A DNA stretch of 64,000 bases from an uncultured Prevotella sp. (GTDB lineage Bacteria; Bacteroidota; Bacteroidia; Bacteroidales; Bacteroidaceae): the NCBI GenBank assembly GCA_946999045.1, contig CAMQBR010000001.1, forward strand, positions 33,324-97,323. Reading direction: 5' to 3'. The notes beneath the pieces were generated by a model. That model was not told the origin of the DNA. It worked only from the letters and a program-made list of their open reading frames with translations, and ran no database searches. Position 1 is the stretch's first letter; every line of letters begins with the position of its first letter. Below, one piece after another: positions 60,816 to 64,000 of this stretch. The position numbers were made by a program, and so were the translations under genes.

Positions 60816-63479
60816 ATGGTACAGAAAGATAAGGGGCTTACACCGATGATGAAACAATTTTTCAGTATGAAACAGCAGCATCCAGATGCGCTGTTGCTAT
60901 TTAGGTGTGGCGACTTTTATGAAACGTATGGCGATGATGCTATTGAGGGCGCACGCATTTTGGGCATTACACTTACCAAGCGAAACAATGGAGGAAGCAC
61001 GGGCGAAACGGCTATGGCGGGTTTTCCGCACCATGCGCTTGATACCTATCTGCCTAAATTGATTAGGGCTGGCAAGCGTGTGGCTATTTGCGACCAATTA
61101 GAAGACCCTAAGAAAAAGCGAGAGGAACTGAAAGGCAAGAAGGGACTTTCAGCCACTGACAAGATGGTGAAGCGTGGCATTACCGAGTTAGTGACGCCGG
61201 GTGTGGCTATGGGGGATAACGTGTTGAACTACAAGGAAAACAACTTCTTGGCAGCGGTGCATTTTGGTAAGGCGGCTTGTGGCGTGAGTTTCTTGGATAT
61301 TTCAACAGGCGAATTTCTCACAGGTGAAGGTACTTTCGATTATGTAGAAAAACTATTGGGTAGTTTTGCCCCAAAGGAAGTACTGTACGACCGCAATAAC
61401 AAACATGATTTTGAAACCCATTTTGGTTTGCGTCATTGTGTTTTCGAAATGGAAGACTGGGTGTTTACAGAGCAGAGCGCACGCCAACGATTGCTGAAGC
61501 ATTTTGGTACAAAATCATTGAAAGGATTTGGGGTAGAACATCTTAAATGCGGAATTATAGCAGCTGGGGCTATTTTACAGTATTTAACAATAACACAGCA
61601 TACCAATATCGGACATATCACCTCGCTTGCTCGTATTGAAGAAGAGCGATATGTTCGATTAGACAAGTTTACTATTCGTTCGCTCGAGTTGGTAAACACT
61701 TTGCAAGAGGGGGGACGGTCGTTGCTGAATATCATAGACAAGACCATTACTCCTATGGGAGGACGTATGTTGAGGCGGTGGATGGTGTTTCCTTTGAAAG
61801 ACGAAAAACCCATTATGCAACGCTTAGATGTGGTAGATTATTTTTTTAAGGACCCAGCGTTGCGCCAGTTGGTTATTGAACAGTTTCAGCGTATGGGCGA
61901 CTTAGAGCGTATTATCTCTAAAGTTGCGGTGGGTAGGGTGTCGCCACGTGAGGTGGTTCAACTAAAAAATGCCTTACAAGCACTCATTCCTGTTAAATCG
62001 GCTTGCACCACAGCATCTAACGAGAGCTTATGCAGAATAGGGGAGCAGTTGCAACTTTGCGAAAGTATTCGCAACCGTATAGATAAAGAGATACAACCAG
62101 ATCCTCCACAGTTGGTTAACAAGGGCGATGTAATTGCAGATGGATATGACAGCGAACTGGATGAACTTAGACAGATTTCGCGCAATGGTAAAGATTATCT
62201 CATAGAGATACAGCAGCGCGAAATAGAGAAAACAGGCATTTCATCCTTAAAGGTTGGGTATAACAATGTGTTTGGGTATTATCTTGAGGTGCGCAATGTG
62301 TATAAGAATAAAGTGCCCAGTAATTGGGTTCGCAAGCAGACTTTGGCGCAAGCCGAGCGTTATATTACCGAAGAACTAAAGGCTTACGAAGAGAAAATAT
62401 TGGGTGCCGATGAGCGCATTTTGATATTGGAAGACAAGTTGTTTCGTGAACTCATAGCCGATATGCAGCAGTATATACCGCAAATACAGATGAATGCTAA
62501 CTTGATAGCGCATCTGGATTGCTTGCTTAGCTTTGCGCAGGTGGCAGAAGAAAACAGATATGTGCGTCCGCAGATAGATTCGTCTGATGTGATAGACATT
62601 AGGCAGGGACGTCATCCTGTGATAGAAACACAATTGCCTTTGGGTGAACATTATGTGCCAAACGATATTTATCTGGATACCGAGAAACAACAAATTATGA
62701 TGATTACTGGACCTAATATGGCTGGTAAGTCGGCATTGTTGCGTCAAACGGCATTAATAGTACTACTGGCGCAGATTGGCTGTTTTGTACCTGCTGATAG
62801 TGCTCGTATAGGTTTGGTAGATAAGATTTTTACACGTGTGGGTGCATCTGATAACATTTCTTTAGGTGAGTCTACTTTTATGGTGGAGATGACAGAGGCG
62901 GCAGATATCTTGAATAACGTTACCAATAGGTCGCTGATACTCTTTGATGAGCTGGGTAGGGGAACATCAACTTATGACGGTATTTCTATTGCTTGGGCTA
63001 TTGTAGAGTATTTGCACGAGCATAAAAAGTCGCAGGCTCGTACACTTTTTGCTACGCACTACCACGAATTAAACGAAATGGAGAAGATGTTTCCTCGCAT
63101 ACACAACTATAATGTGAGTGTGAAGGAGGTAGACGGTAGGGTTATTTTCATGCGTAAGTTGGAACGTGGCGGCTCTGAACACAGCTTTGGTATACACGTT
63201 GCCGAGATTGCGGGTATGCCACGAAACATTGTGAAGCGTGCTAATTTGATTCTGAAGCAACTGGAAGCTGATAATAGTCAGGTGGGTGCCGTGGGCAAAC
63301 CTAACGTAAAAACGCTGGAAGAGAACAAAGATGGTGTTCAGTTAAGTTTCTTTCAGCTGGACGACCCCGTGCTGTGTCAGGTGCGCGATGAGATACTCGG
63401 ACTTGACATCAATAACCTTACGCCCATGGAGGCATTGAATAAACTCAACGAAATAAAGAAAATCATTGGGGCAGAATAA
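60816..63479 (+). CDS. mutS: DNA mismatch repair protein MutS
   Basis: [35 protein letters not shown] mismatch-binding N-terminus. Walker A GPNMAGKS. 887 aa. Confidence 0.95.
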   Translation: MVQKDKGLTPMMKQFFSMKQQHPDALLLFRCGDFYETYGDDAIEGARILGITLTKRNNGGSTGETAMAGFPHHALDTYLPKLIRAGKRVAICDQLEDPKKKREELKGKKGLSATDKMVKRGITELVTPGVAMGDNVLNYKENNFLAAVHFGKAACGVSFLDISTGEFLTGEGTFDYVEKLLGSFAPKEVLYDRNNKHDFETHFGLRHCVFEMEDWVFTEQSARQRLLKHFGTKSLKGFGVEHLKCGIIAAGAILQYLTITQHTNIGHITSLARIEEERYVRLDKFTIRSLELVNTLQEGGRSLLNIIDKTITPMGGRMLRRWMVFPLKDEKPIMQRLDVVDYFFKDPALRQLVIEQFQRMGDLERIISKVAVGRVSPREVVQLKNALQALIPVKSACTTASNESLCRIGEQLQLCESIRNRIDKEIQPDPPQLVNKGDVIADGYDSELDELRQISRNGKDYLIEIQQREIEKTGISSLKVGYNNVFGYYLEVRNVYKNKVPSNWVRKQTLAQAERYITEELKAYEEKILGADERILILEDKLFRELIADMQQYIPQIQMNANLIAHLDCLLSFAQVAEENRYVRPQIDSSDVIDIRQGRHPVIETQLPLGEHYVPNDIYLDTEKQQIMMITGPNMAGKSALLRQTALIVLLAQIGCFVPADSARIGLVDKIFTRVGASDNISLGESTFMVEMTEAADILNNVTNRSLILFDELGRGTSTYDGISIAWAIVEYLHEHKKSQARTLFATHYHELNEMEKMFPRIHNYNVSVKEVDGRVIFMRKLERGGSEHSFGIHVAEIAGMPRNIVKRANLILKQLEADNSQVGAVGKPNVKTLEENKDGVQLSFFQLDDPVLCQVRDEILGLDINNLTPMEALNKLNEIKKIIGAE

Positions 63480-63498
63480 TCAAATTAAATTCTAATAT

Positions 63499-64000
63499 AT
63501 GAAACAATTATCTTCCTTGGCACTGGCTTTGTGCCTGTCTGTATCAGCTTTTGCACAATCGGTAGCTACGACAACGAAAGCTCATGATTATCAACCAACG
63601 GCAGAGAATATGGCTTCGCGCCAAGCGTTTCAAGACGCTAAGTTTGGTATTTTCCTGCACTGGGGCTTGTATAGCATGTTGGCAACGGGCGAGTGGACCA
63701 TGACCAACAAGAATTTGAACTACAAAGAGTATGCTAAACTGGCAGGAGGTTTTTATCCTTCTCGGTTCAATGCAGCTGCTTGGGTATCGGCTATCAAGGC
63801 ATCGGGAGCGAAGTATATTTGCTTTACTACCCGTCATCATGAGGGATTCTCTATGTTCAAGACCCGGTATACAGCCTATAATATCGTGGATGCAACCCCT
63901 TTCAAGCGCGACATCTTGAAGGAGTTGGCAGACGAATGTCACAAGCAGGGCATCCGATTACATCTGTATTATTCGCATATCGACTGGTACAGAGAGGATG
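63499..64000 (+). CDS. Alpha-L-fucosidase (GH29), 5' part only (runs off window)
   Basis: Signal peptide MKQLSSLALALCLSVSAFAQ. …FGIFLHWGLYSMLATGEW…AKYICFTTRHHEGFSMF… is typical GH29. Absent from the ORF track because there is no stop within the window. Confidence 0.75.
   Translation, partial: MKQLSSLALALCLSVSAFAQSVATTTKAHDYQPTAENMASRQAFQDAKFGIFLHWGLYSMLATGEWTMTNKNLNYKEYAKLAGGFYPSRFNAAAWVSAIKASGAKYICFTTRHHEGFSMFKTRYTAYNIVDATPFKRDILKELADECHKQGIRLHLYYSHIDWYRED

Noticed and set aside
63544-63942. 132-aa minus-strand ORF
   Set aside because: Antisense to a clear GH29 alpha-L-fucosidase reading frame with signal peptide. Likely spurious.
1-64000. tRNA, rRNA or CRISPR arrays
   Set aside because: No cloverleaf-consistent GTTCGA-type T-arm contexts and no regularly spaced identical direct repeats with unique spacers were found on manual scanning. 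The only phased repeat (33256-33343) has 22-bp units without a spacer/repeat dichotomy.

Overview
This window looks like a Bacteroidota (Bacteroides/Prevotella-like) chromosomal segment. The evidence is a SusC/SusD pair, a T9SS C-terminal sorting domain, Bacteroidetes-specific DUF proteins and low GC. It is mostly housekeeping and cell-envelope genes: lysR, a thrE-like exporter, aspT, oxyR, priA, then a large LPS/lipid-A biosynthesis and modification block (ArnD-like deacetylase, ArnC/GtrB-like GT2, GtrA, GT-C-like membrane protein, EptA-like phosphoethanolamine transferase, GT90/GT2/GT4, LpxL-like acyltransferase, LtaS-like protein, MsbA-like ABC exporter), manC, rdgB, a YitT-family protein, leuS, an RluA-family protein, a large GH2-like glycosidase, kdtA, gltX, nadD, gmk, yicC, tsaB, murA, rimM, dxr, rseP, SusD plus a disrupted SusC, an HD-domain 7TM protein, mutS and a partial GH29 fucosidase. 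No tRNA, rRNA or CRISPR array was seen. The most unusual content is non-coding. (1) A dispersed family of about 190 bp MITE-like elements has 18-bp terminal inverted repeats (GGGCGGTTCTATAAATTA) and 4-5 bp AT-rich target-site duplications. There are seven full or variant copies plus several solo ends and about 60-90 bp derivatives. Every canonical copy lies directly upstream of a start codon with the same end facing the gene. (2) A second, more degenerate repeat family has about 50-nt imperfect inverted termini. (3) An AT-rich 1.2-kb gene-free stretch carries a dense cluster of DnaA-box-like 9-mers and is a candidate oriC or DnaA-titration site. (4) A perfectly 22-bp-phased fourfold tandem repeat sits upstream of leuS. 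I found no recognisable defence or toxin system. The novel biology I can support is mobile-element and regulatory, plus an Lgm/Arn-like amino-sugar lipid A/LPS decoration module.
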